A stretch of 53,080 nt of DNA, from contig CAZCWX010000671.1 of NCBI GenBank assembly GCA_964502465.1, positions 1 through 53,080 on the forward strand, given 5' to 3'. Positions 1-7,567 of this stretch are shown one piece after another (the stretch's first letter is position 1; every line of letters starts with the position of its first letter). Below the pieces are notes generated by a model, which worked only from the letters and a program-made list of their open reading frames with translations, was not told the origin of the DNA and did not search any database. The DNA comes from an uncultured Enterobacteriaceae bacterium. GTDB lineage: Bacteria; Desulfobacterota; Binatia; Bin18. The position numbers and the translations under genes are program-made.

Positions 1-218
1 AACTCTTCTCAGGTCTCCGATATCAAGAGAGGGGCAGGGAAAAATGGGATAAGTCCAATTGTGACACCTTTGCCTACCCCTCAGCTGGAGGAGATGCCAG
101 GCGCTCCTCAGCCTTGGCGTGTGTGCCGGGCTCTACAGAAGAGAGCCCCCTCAAAGAAGAGAATTTAAGCAAGTCTGACACCATTTCTCTTCAAGCGGTT
201 TTGCCGAACGCCCTTCCA

Positions 219-322
219 CACGGCGATGAATCGCCGTGCTACAGTACCGGCGCCCCATCAATGGGGCTTGAAAGCCGGATTCATCCGGCGCTGTTAGGTA
301 GCGCGGGCACTTCATGTCCGCG
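219..322. repeat. cluster of four tandem GC-rich hairpins (REP/BIME-like palindromic units)
   Basis: Four hairpins: CACGGCGA-tgaa-TCGCCGTG (219-238), GCCCCA-tcaa-TGGGGC (252-267), GCCGGA-ttca-TCCGGC (274-289), and CGCGGGCA-cttca-TGTCCGCG (302-322, one mismatch). They lie inside the non-credible 5' part of ORF 114..839. Confidence 0.6.
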
Positions 323-371
323 TACAAAAGCGCCGTTCCTACCCGTGGGCAGTATATATCGACTCATGCCC

Positions 372-400
372 CTGACATCAGAATGGGTACAGGGTAAAAT
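372..400 (+). promoter_or_regulatory. putative sigma70-type promoter for the small gene at 444
   Basis: CTGACA (372-377), a 17-nt spacer, then TAAAAT (395-400). It sits about 44 nt upstream of ATG 444. Confidence 0.35.
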
Positions 401-443
401 ATATGCCAGCTTGTCTACTCCTTGTTTTGCAGGAAGGAAACCC

Positions 444-839
444 ATGACCACGAGGCAACCACGTCTCAGCAAAGAAGAGCATGCCCGACTCGGGACAGCC
501 ATCTACGAACAGCGTGTACGCCCGCAAGTGGAAACAGATAATCAGGGGAAGATTGTCGCTATCGATGTAGAAACGGGTGCGTTTGAGGTGGCGGAGGATA
601 CGCTGACAGCCTCAGAGCGGCTGCTGACCTGCTATCCAGAGGCGCAGATTTGGTGTGTCCGGATTGGCACCCTGGAGTGCACCGGTTTTGATGTTACCGC
701 CTTATTAATCTTCTTTGTACGAACGCGATTGCTCGGCGCTTCACCTGCCGTTACAGTGGTGCATACTTTAAGGGTGGTGGGTTGTGGCACGAATAGAGGT
801 AAAGTCAAGCCAGCATGGAATCCCCTCTGTCTGGATTGA
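444..839 (+). CDS. small conserved-looking hypothetical protein; 3' end uncertain or possibly disrupted
   Basis: ATG at 444 is preceded by AGGAAGGA (431-438). The N-terminal ~75 aa (MTTRQPRLSKEEHARLGTAIYEQRVRP...AQIWCVRIG) resemble a small protein family common in TA-like loci. The tail after RIG is low quality and overlaps the next gene by 56 nt. Confidence 0.45.
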   Translation: MTTRQPRLSKEEHARLGTAIYEQRVRPQVETDNQGKIVAIDVETGAFEVAEDTLTASERLLTCYPEAQIWCVRIGTLECTGFDVTALLIFFVRTRLLGASPAVTVVHTLRVVGCGTNRGKVKPAWNPLCLD

Positions 840-1614
840 AATCGAAAACGTTACAGATAGGCAGTGTCAAAAGATTTACGCTACTCTTGACTCTCTCCTG
901 TCCACAGAGAGGCAAGTCTCCGACGCAGTCGCAAAGGCATTCCAGCTTGCCATAGAACTCTGTCCCCGTGCAAATCCAAGCGACCTTTGGCATCATATTA
1001 TCTATCGGCATCTGCTTAATAGCGGGTTCAGTGACCAGCGATGGAAAAGGGTTTCTGGCTTTGCGTTAGAGCGCGCTCTTGTCAACATCTACGCGCCGCG
1101 CCTCGATCCCTACGGTGTTCGAGTTCGGCTTCTGCCAGCACCAGAGGCAAGCCGACTTCTTGCCGCCTTGGGCGTACGTACCAAAGCTTCGAAGATAGAC
1201 ATCTTCCTGGAAGGCTTTGAATCAGAGGACTGGATGGTGTTTGGCGCCATCCACGCGAAGTCAAGCATTGCTGAGCGCATTCAAGATGATGTGCCCGCAA
1301 GCGTAGCGCTCATGTATCACGGGCTCCTATCTATCGCCTTGACTATGGACGTGAAGAGTTTTCCACCTCCGCACGGAAATGGCATAAATTACGGAGAGCT
1401 AGGGGGCCGTAGCTTCGAGATCGAAAAAACGCGCCCCAAGCGCGCCTACATTGAAGAAGATGGGCAGTTTGACGCGCTTTTCTCTTTCAATCTTCGCACA
1501 CCTTCCAGCACGTCCCGGACTTCGTCCGGAAAGCGAATTTACACGTTATCCCTATCTGAGCCACAGCCCGACGCTTTCGTCACTTTCGTCGTGAATCGCT
1601 GGCGTGCACGATGA
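784..1614 (+). CDS. putative type II restriction endonuclease
   Basis: 276-aa ORF with a GTG start, convergent with and 8 nt from the DNA methyltransferase. Possible PD-(D/E)XK-like core: KIDIFLEG...AIHAKSSIAER. No other recognisable domain. Confidence 0.5.
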   Translation: MARIEVKSSQHGIPSVWIEIENVTDRQCQKIYATLDSLLSTERQVSDAVAKAFQLAIELCPRANPSDLWHHIIYRHLLNSGFSDQRWKRVSGFALERALVNIYAPRLDPYGVRVRLLPAPEASRLLAALGVRTKASKIDIFLEGFESEDWMVFGAIHAKSSIAERIQDDVPASVALMYHGLLSIALTMDVKSFPPPHGNGINYGELGGRSFEIEKTRPKRAYIEEDGQFDALFSFNLRTPSSTSRTSSGKRIYTLSLSEPQPDAFVTFVVNRWRAR

Positions 1615-1622
1615 GCATCTTC

Positions 1623-2522
1623 TCAGGAGAGGGGCAAGGAAACCTCTGTTGGGCTGAAAATATACTTCTCGGCAATAGTACATACGGAAGCATCAATCTC
1701 AAAGCCGAGGAAACGGTGATTCAGCATGAGAGCTGCCCGACCTGTTGTGCCACTGCCCATAAAGGGATCTAAGATGATTCCACGGCTGCTCAAGCCGGCT
1801 GCTTCAATGCAATTAAGAGGAAGGTCCAATGGAAAGGTAGAGCAGTGAGGAGTCAGGTTGGGAGTCTGGAGCAGCTTCCAAACAGATCCGACAGGTGGCT
1901 TTGTTCGAAAAGAATGCCGCTCGTCCTTTGCAACGATATAGATGCCCTCGTGGCGGCGATGTGGCCTACGACACAAACCCTCCGGCAGCGGTCGCGATTT
2001 CTCCCATATGACCTCTCCTCTGAACAAGAATCCCATATCGGTCAGCGTGAGAATGACCCGGTAGGGAATTCCAAGAAGGTTGCCATACTTTAGCCAACCT
2101 ACCTCATCAGACAGGAACGCCCGCCGCCGCCCTCGATTTTTCGTGTACGCGGAATTCGTAGGGGGAAGTCCGTCACCGTCCTTTCCAAGTGAACTGTACT
2201 GATGGTCATCCTCCCGCCAATTGATCGGGGTGTTATAGGAATCCCCCAGGTTGAGCCACAATGTTCCCAACGGTTTCACACAACGCAAGACCTCCGCCAG
2301 AATCGTCACGAGATTCTTAACGTATTCCCGAGGATCAGCCTCGGAGCCAAGCCCTCCGGAACCCCGCTGACCCCAATAAGGAGGAGAGGTTACACAAACG
2401 TCTACACTGTCGGATGGCACTTGGCGCAGCGCCATGAGGCAGTCTACATTGTGAACCGAATCTAGTTTCCACGGCCCGAGATAATCTGCTCCACAATCTT
2501 TCTCTGAGGTTACTGTAGACAT
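1623..2522 (-). CDS. beta-class N4/N6 DNA methyltransferase, probably N4-cytosine (SPPY motif)
   Basis: Motif IV (TSPPYW) lies near the N-terminus and motif I (DPFMGSGTT) near the C-terminus, which is the beta-class order. SPPY is typical of m4C enzymes. Confidence 0.9.
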   Translation of the reverse strand: MSTVTSEKDCGADYLGPWKLDSVHNVDCLMALRQVPSDSVDVCVTSPPYWGQRGSGGLGSEADPREYVKNLVTILAEVLRCVKPLGTLWLNLGDSYNTPINWREDDHQYSSLGKDGDGLPPTNSAYTKNRGRRRAFLSDEVGWLKYGNLLGIPYRVILTLTDMGFLFRGEVIWEKSRPLPEGLCRRPHRRHEGIYIVAKDERHSFRTKPPVGSVWKLLQTPNLTPHCSTFPLDLPLNCIEAAGLSSRGIILDPFMGSGTTGRAALMLNHRFLGFEIDASVCTIAEKYIFSPTEVSLPLS

Positions 2523-2551
2523 GGACTCGCCCCCCCCGCAAACCGATCGCT

Positions 2552-2791
2552 CTATTCTTTGCGCAGATACTTCTCTACTGCCTCTGCGACCACGTAACTT
2601 ACGTCGCTGTCTTGTTCCGCACAGCGCACCATTAGCGCTCGTGCAAGTTCAACTGGCAGATACACTGCCATTCTCCGAAGTTCACGACCATCTTTTCGTT
2701 TATAAATTCCCCTCCCCAGGGTCTCCTCCGCAGTGTCCGTCTGAGCCGATTTTGATTCCTTTTTCCTTCCAGAAGTTCTAGAGCGTAACAT
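2552..2791 (-). CDS. ribbon-helix-helix (CopG/Arc-like) DNA-binding protein upstream of the methylase
   Basis: The C-terminal part (MAVYLPVELARALMVRCAEQDSDVSYVVAEAVEKYL) is a beta-strand plus two helices, the RHH pattern, preceded by a basic N-terminal tail. An alternative TTG start is at 2812. The gene ends 29 nt upstream of the methylase start. Confidence 0.65.
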   Translation of the reverse strand: MLRSRTSGRKKESKSAQTDTAEETLGRGIYKRKDGRELRRMAVYLPVELARALMVRCAEQDSDVSYVVAEAVEKYLRKE

Positions 2792-2824
2792 CGTTGCACA
2801 CCGCCTGCCCAAAATTGTATTGTA

Positions 2825-2853
2825 GCTATAGCATCTAGTATCTTTAGTATCAA
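2825..2853 (-). promoter_or_regulatory. putative sigma70 promoter with overlapping tandem hexamer operator for the RHH-methylase operon
   Basis: On the minus strand: TTGATA (2853-2848), a 17-nt spacer, then TATAGC (2830-2825). Three direct hexamers overlap it, reading GATACT (2851-2846), GATACT (2842-2837) and GATGCT (2835-2830). Confidence 0.45.
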
Positions 2854-2973
2854 GACTCTTAGATGCTTAGGGAACTAAGTGTCTAAAGTCCTAGGCCACC
2901 TAACTGATTGTTCTTTGAGACGCTCAAGCTATGGTCTTTCAAAGAAATTTGCGCGATATGATTCCCTCTGTCC

Positions 2974-3048
2974 ATGGCTTGTCACCCACGCATCCACGCC
3001 CCAGGGGTGCTCTATCACCTCATGGGTCGCGGCGATAATGGACAAACC
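2974..3048 (+). pseudogene. 5' remnant of a REP-associated tyrosine transposase (RAYT / IS200-like Y1 transposase)
   Basis: MACHPRIHAPGVLYHLMGRGDNGQ matches the conserved RAYT N-terminus (PRIHxPGxxYHxxxRGN). Similarity ends after about 24 codons, and the remainder of ORF 2974..3543 runs through repeat DNA. Confidence 0.55.
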
Positions 3049-3198
3049 GTCATGGGAGCCGTGGTGACGGAGCACAAAGGAAGTGAGCGGGAGAGACAGG
3101 CCCATCACACGGTAGGGCTCCGGGCCTGGGGGCCAGTTGCGCTGTCGCAGTCAGCGCTCCGTAGATATACTTTGCACGGTGAGAAATTGCGCTTTTCC

Positions 3199-3462
3199 TG
3201 TCATTCTGAGTTGACCATAGCGCGGGCGCTAAGCGAGCACCAAGAAACTGGGGGCGGTTGTAGTCGCGACTTTAGTCGCGGGCAAGGTAGGGGGACGACT
3301 AAAGCCGTCACTACGCATTTTGTTTCTGAGCAGCGCAGCGAAGAATCTCTTCTCACCGCTGCCCCAGTCCAGAGATTCTTCACTCCGCTCTGCTCCGTTC
3401 AGAATGACACCCCCTGTCTGTTAGGGGGTAAAAAAGCGCAGTTCGTGCCCGTGGGCAGTATA
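3199..3462. repeat. REP/BIME-like mosaic of palindromic units
   Basis: An outer inverted repeat GTCATTCTGA (3200-3209) / TCAGAATGAC (3399-3408). An imperfect long hairpin TTCTGAGCAGCGCAGCGAAGAATCTCT (3324-3350) / AGAGATTCTTCACTCCGCTCTGCTCCGTTCAGAA (3371-3404). Also TAGCGC-GG-GCGCTA, a GTCGCGAC palindrome, and CCCCCT-gtctgtt-AGGGGG. The mosaic ends with the 35-nt repeat that is also found at 322-356. Confidence 0.6.
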
Positions 3463-3547
3463 GAAGATAAGAAGCAGCGAGCAGGCTTTCCTCGCTGTCG
3501 GCCCGTGAGACGGCAAACTCCCTCTCGTTCAATGAGGAGATAACTTC

Positions 3548-3575
3548 TTGTCAGGATGTCAGATCTCTTTACAAT
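3548..3575 (+). promoter_or_regulatory. putative sigma70 promoter for the gene at 3596
   Basis: TTGTCA (3548-3553), a 16-nt spacer, then TACAAT (3570-3575), 20 nt upstream of ATG 3596. Confidence 0.45.
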
Positions 3576-3595
3576 AAAGGGGAGAGGCTCTCACA

Positions 3596-3817
3596 ATGAT
3601 ATCCACAGAATTACTCAATACCCTCCGTGCCCTTGATAGGGCAGAGAAGCTCCATGTCCTGCAGGTGTTGGTCTCCGAACTCGCGCAGGAAGAGGCACAT
3701 CTGCTTAGACCGAATATGACATATACTGTCTGGTCTCCCTATGATGCCTATGAAGCTGCAGAGGCAATGCTCAATCTGATCAAAGCAACCGACTCGGAAG
3801 GCCATGCGCAACGCTGA
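3596..3817 (+). CDS. small hypothetical protein (antitoxin-like partner of a retropepsin-like protease gene)
   Basis: 73-aa ORF with a GGGGAGAGG Shine-Dalgarno. Its 3' end overlaps the ATG of the downstream aspartyl-protease-like reading frame. Confidence 0.6.
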   Translation: MISTELLNTLRALDRAEKLHVLQVLVSELAQEEAHLLRPNMTYTVWSPYDAYEAAEAMLNLIKATDSEGHAQR

Positions 3818-4229
3818 ACACTATCCTTTCACTGTAGCTGCTAGTGCTTTGGGGGAAGCTGGACTTTAACCATACTTACCGCTCACGCTGACCTATCATA
3901 GCCATTCGCTCCCTGTCCCCGGCTTGCTCGATACCGGGGCAATGGTCAATGTCTTACCCTATCAAGTCGGAGTAGACCTCGGGGCAGTGTGGGAACAGTA
4001 AACTACGGCGCTACGATTCTCAGGCAGCTTGGCGGAATTCGAAGCCCGAGGACTCCTTGTCTTAGCTGTGGTGGGACAGTTTGCGCCGGTCCGGCTGGCG
4101 TTTGCGTGGACCAGAGCGACGAATGTTCCGGTGTCGTTGGGACAGGTCAACTTCTTCATGGAGTTCGACGTCTGCTTTTATCGCTCGCAGTTGGCTTTTG
4201 AGGTGCAGCCGAAAGAGACGTTATCTTGA
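3804..4229 (+). pseudogene. retropepsin-like aspartyl protease, inactivated by two in-frame TAA stops
   Basis: A single frame (ATG 3804) reads MRNAEHYPFTV..GL*PYLPLTLTYHSHSLPVPGLLDTGAMVNVLPYQVGVDLGAVWEQ*TTALRF...FFMEFDVCFYRSQLAFEVQPK. The LLDTGA active-site motif is present. Stops lie at about 3867 and at 3999-4001. Confidence 0.6.
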
Positions 4230-4486
4230 GCCGGTGCGCCAGGCATCGTATGCGGTTCGATTTCAAGTGCCACCGTTCACCCTCTCCTGTCTCCTCTCCC
4301 ATCAAGGGAGAGGGTCAAAACGGGACCTGTCAGAATCCAGATCTTGGTGTGCCTCTCATATGAGGACCGGCTCTCTGATCGACCGCTCTTTCCTCCAGCA
4401 AAGAAAGCAAAGTGTGGCCCACCAATCGGTGTTGTGGAGCTTAACGGCCAGTTGGAGTCCGACGCTCGCACGGCTCACCTAGCGCG

Positions 4487-4738
4487 TTAGAGGTGTGCTG
4501 CCACAGCCTTTGCTTCTATCTCTACGCACTCCACCTCGTAGCCGGCCGATGTGACATCGGCGATGGCTGACCGAATGGCTTCCTCTAATGAGGGCGCTTG
4601 CCGGTGGAAATCGATCGAAAATACATCATTGCAAGTCCCCGGCGTCCCATCAGCACAGCCCGCGTCAAACAGCCTCTCGGCGGCTTCCTCGGTCAGTTCA
4701 GGCGATCCTGAAAGAATCAGTGTGATTTCATATGACAC
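4487..4738 (-). CDS. small acidic hypothetical protein
   Basis: 83-aa ORF with a GTG start and AAGGAA about 14 nt upstream. No recognisable motif. Confidence 0.5.
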   Translation of the reverse strand: MSYEITLILSGSPELTEEAAERLFDAGCADGTPGTCNDVFSIDFHRQAPSLEEAIRSAIADVTSAGYEVECVEIEAKAVAAHL

Positions 4739-4941
4739 CAGTAGGCAATTTGTTCCTTGAGACGCTCAAGCTGCGGCACAGTTCAATCCTGGTGATATAG
4801 GTAGCAACAAGGAGAGAGCAGGTCCACGTATGGAGCATCCGACCCTATCCTTCGCTCGTTTACTTTGACTTGTATGATTCTCTCATGGTAGGGTGCCTAA
4901 CATACTCACGCCTGCTTGATCCATGCTTGGAGGAGATACAA

Positions 4942-5409
4942 ATGATCCCTGACAGGATCGTAGAAGTCGTTCACGGCTCGGCTGTGATGTTTGCCGGGAC
5001 TCGCGACGAGAGACTTCATCCTGCCCAAACATTTGTAATCGGTGCCGTCGTTCATCCCGACCGGGAGACCATTACCTTTTTCGTTTCCGAAAGCCGAGCC
5101 GAGAGAATCCTGAGCGACCTCAAAAACAACGGCAGAATTGCGCTAGCCATATCCTTGACCACGCACGAGGCGTACCAGTTGAAAGGCGTCTATATTTCTT
5201 CGCATACCACCGACGAGAAAGATCGTGCGATACAAGAGATCTACCGATCCAAGTTGCTCTCCGCAATGCTCCAGGCTGGCTACCCGGAACAGATTGCGAA
5301 ACCGCTCGTGTTGGGACTTGCCTATCAGCCGGGCACTGCGATCACCTTTCGAGTGGAGGAGATCTTCCTGCAGACCCCCGGACCCGAGGCGGGGAAGAAG
5401 ATCAGCTAA
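4942..5409 (+). CDS. pyridoxamine 5'-phosphate oxidase-like (FMN/F420-binding split-barrel) protein
   Basis: ATG 4942 follows GGAGGA. The size and sequence pattern fit the PNPOx-like split-barrel family. Confidence 0.6.
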   Translation: MIPDRIVEVVHGSAVMFAGTRDERLHPAQTFVIGAVVHPDRETITFFVSESRAERILSDLKNNGRIALAISLTTHEAYQLKGVYISSHTTDEKDRAIQEIYRSKLLSAMLQAGYPEQIAKPLVLGLAYQPGTAITFRVEEIFLQTPGPEAGKKIS

Positions 5410-5423
5410 AATAGGAGAGCTGT

Positions 5424-5867
5424 ATGGGAATCTTGCCGGACGAGATCAAGCCAGCCATGCAAGGGGTCGTTCCGTCGCATGTAGTGACCTGTGCCCTCGA
5501 CGGCACGCCGAATGCGACGGTGGTCTCACAGGTCTACTATGTCGATCCGAACCATGTGGCGCTTTCGTACCAGTTTTTCAGTAAAACGATCAAAAACATC
5601 AGGGAGAATCCTCGTGCCCTCGCATCGGTGATCAACCCGGAGACGTTCGAGAGTTGGGATCTGAATATCGAGTATGAGCATTCCGAGACGAGCGGCCCAG
5701 TATTTGATGCCATGGATATGCAGATTGAAGCCATTGCCTCGATGACGGGAATGAAGGGTATTTTCAAGCTCAGGGCGGCCGATATCTACCGAGTCATCTC
5801 TGCGACAAAGAATGTCGGCGAGCGCATTCCGCTGTCAGAGATCGGTATGGAAAGCGGAACCACATAA
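5424..5867 (+). CDS. pyridoxamine 5'-phosphate oxidase family protein
   Basis: 147 aa, starting 14 nt after the previous gene. PNPOx-like N-terminus (PSHVVTCALDGTPNATVVSQVYYVD). Confidence 0.6.
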   Translation: MGILPDEIKPAMQGVVPSHVVTCALDGTPNATVVSQVYYVDPNHVALSYQFFSKTIKNIRENPRALASVINPETFESWDLNIEYEHSETSGPVFDAMDMQIEAIASMTGMKGIFKLRAADIYRVISATKNVGERIPLSEIGMESGTT

Positions 5868-5884
5868 GGGGAGCGAGACATCCA

Positions 5885-7180
5885 GTGGCTGCAGAGAAAG
5901 AGACCTCAGTGGAGATCAAAAAACAGATCGCCGAGAACCAGCAGATCGTTGACCGGCTCAACCGCGAGCTGGCCAGGAAGAGTAACGAAGTCCGGATCAT
6001 TCAACAGATCTCCTCCGAGATTACCTCCACACTGGATCTGGATCGGATCCTCGATACCATCCTCAGTGCCATGGACCGGATCCTGGGGTTTCAACACGCC
6101 ATGATCCTGCTTAAGGAGCAGTTGGCAGACAGACTCAGAGTAGTTGCGAGCCGTGGCTACGACTACACCACTGTTGGTGCCGAGATAGAGTTTGGGTACG
6201 GTGTCGTTGGTGTTGTTGCCAGGCGCAAAAAAATGATGCGAGTCGGGAACATTGGTGCCAGCGTCAGCTATCTTACGACCGTGCGGGCGAAGCTCGAGGA
6301 GGCTGGTCAACAAGGCCTGAGCCACGCCACGGCAAAACTGCCGAGTCTCCCGAATGTCCAGAGTCAGCTCGCAATACCACTATTAGTCAAGGACCGACTC
6401 ATTGGAGTACTCGCGGTTGAGAGCCCCAGACCAAATGCCTTTGACGAGTTGGACGAGATTTTGCTCAGTATCGTTGCGAACCAGGCCGCCACCGCTATTG
6501 AAAACGCCCGGATGTACCAAATGGTAGAACGGCTCAGTCGGCTCAAGCGCTTCTTCTCTCCACAACTTGCCGAGCTGATCGTCGCTGGCGGCACGGAGGA
6601 CCCGCTAAAAACCCACCGGCGTGAGGTCACAGTGGTATTTCTCGATCTCAGAGGGTTCACTACGTTCGCCGAACAGGTCGAGCCAGAAGAAGTCATGAGC
6701 GTGCTCCGGGACTATCACGCCGAGATGGGGAGGCTGATTCTCGAGCATGAGGGGACGCTTGAGCGGTTCACCGGCGACGGCATGATGATCTTCTTCAATG
6801 ATCCGGTGCCGGTGCCAAACCCGGCTGAGCGCGCCCTGCGGATGGTGCTCGCCATGCGCGAGCGTGTAGAGGGGCTGAGCGCCAAGTGGCGCAGACGGGG
6901 TTACGATCTTGCCTTGGGGATTGGCATTGCCCAAGGGTACGCCACAATCGGCGCTATCGGGTTTGAGGGACGCTGGGATTACGGCGCCATCGGCACTGTG
7001 ACAAACCTTGCCGCGCGCCTCTGCGGCGAGGCGAAGGGTAATCAGATACTGATTTCGTTGCGGGTTGCCGGAGAGGTCGAGGACCTGATCGAGACCGAAG
7101 AGGTCGGGCCGGTGACCCTCAAGGGGTTTCATAAACCGGTCCCTGCCTTCAGCGTGTTGGGCATGAAAGCCAATGCCTGA
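5885..7180 (+). CDS. coiled-coil + GAF domain + class III adenylate/guanylate cyclase
   Basis: GTG start 17 nt after the previous gene. A GAF-like region (LAIPLLVKDRLIGVLAVES) is followed by cyclase motifs VTVVFLDLRGFT and FTGDGMMIFFN. Confidence 0.85.
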   Translation: MAAEKETSVEIKKQIAENQQIVDRLNRELARKSNEVRIIQQISSEITSTLDLDRILDTILSAMDRILGFQHAMILLKEQLADRLRVVASRGYDYTTVGAEIEFGYGVVGVVARRKKMMRVGNIGASVSYLTTVRAKLEEAGQQGLSHATAKLPSLPNVQSQLAIPLLVKDRLIGVLAVESPRPNAFDELDEILLSIVANQAATAIENARMYQMVERLSRLKRFFSPQLAELIVAGGTEDPLKTHRREVTVVFLDLRGFTTFAEQVEPEEVMSVLRDYHAEMGRLILEHEGTLERFTGDGMMIFFNDPVPVPNPAERALRMVLAMRERVEGLSAKWRRRGYDLALGIGIAQGYATIGAIGFEGRWDYGAIGTVTNLAARLCGEAKGNQILISLRVAGEVEDLIETEEVGPVTLKGFHKPVPAFSVLGMKANA

Positions 7181-7567
7181 ATGCCTGAGGGCTTGAATGC
7201 GGGGTCAGGCTTGAGTGTGTGAAAAAACTTCGATAGATGGCCAGCTCTAGTTTGGCCTTTGCGCATTGAGTATCTTGGCGCTGTCTCTCACAGCATCCCC
7301 CAAGGGAATAACCGCCAAGCCATCTTTGGCGACGTGGTCGATCGCACGATCTATTTGCAGAAGCTCTTTGGCTCCTAACCTTAGAGCACGTCGATTACAT
7401 CGCTGGCGTCGGAGAGCCGAAGACGCATGCCTTGCGCGCGCTCCTGACCCGCCATATGCGTGATTCGTCTGTACGGTGGTGTGGGAAGGGAGGAGCCGTG
7501 AGACTTCCCCCGCCCCGATTACTCTTCTCACTTGCACTCTGGTGAGCGCTACTTTAGTATCATCCGC

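Noticed and set aside
114-443. 5' two-thirds of ORF 114..839
   Set aside because: This stretch runs through four REP-like hairpins and the 35-nt repeat and has no RBS. The real start, with a good Shine-Dalgarno, is ATG 444.
665-680. Sigma54-like TGGCAC-N-GTGC upstream of the endonuclease gene
   Set aside because: The -12 element is GTGC rather than TTGC, and the GG-to-GC spacing is off by one. It also lies inside a coding frame.
3049-3543. Remainder of the 189-aa ORF 2974..3543
   Set aside because: Only the first ~24 codons look like a RAYT. The rest is translation of nested palindromic repeat DNA (sequences such as RDFSRGQGRGTTKAVTT).
3867-4001. Stop-codon readthrough or recoding of the two TAA codons in the protease frame
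   Set aside because: TAA is used as a normal terminator elsewhere in the window (for example the cupredoxin gene and the 29-aa and 57-aa micropeptides), and no recoding signal is visible. A pseudogene is the simpler reading.
5885-7180. Pycsar/CBASS-like cyclic-nucleotide defence cyclase
   Set aside because: The GAF plus coiled-coil architecture is typical of signalling cyclases. There is no adjacent effector with a cNMP-binding, TIR, TM or nuclease domain.
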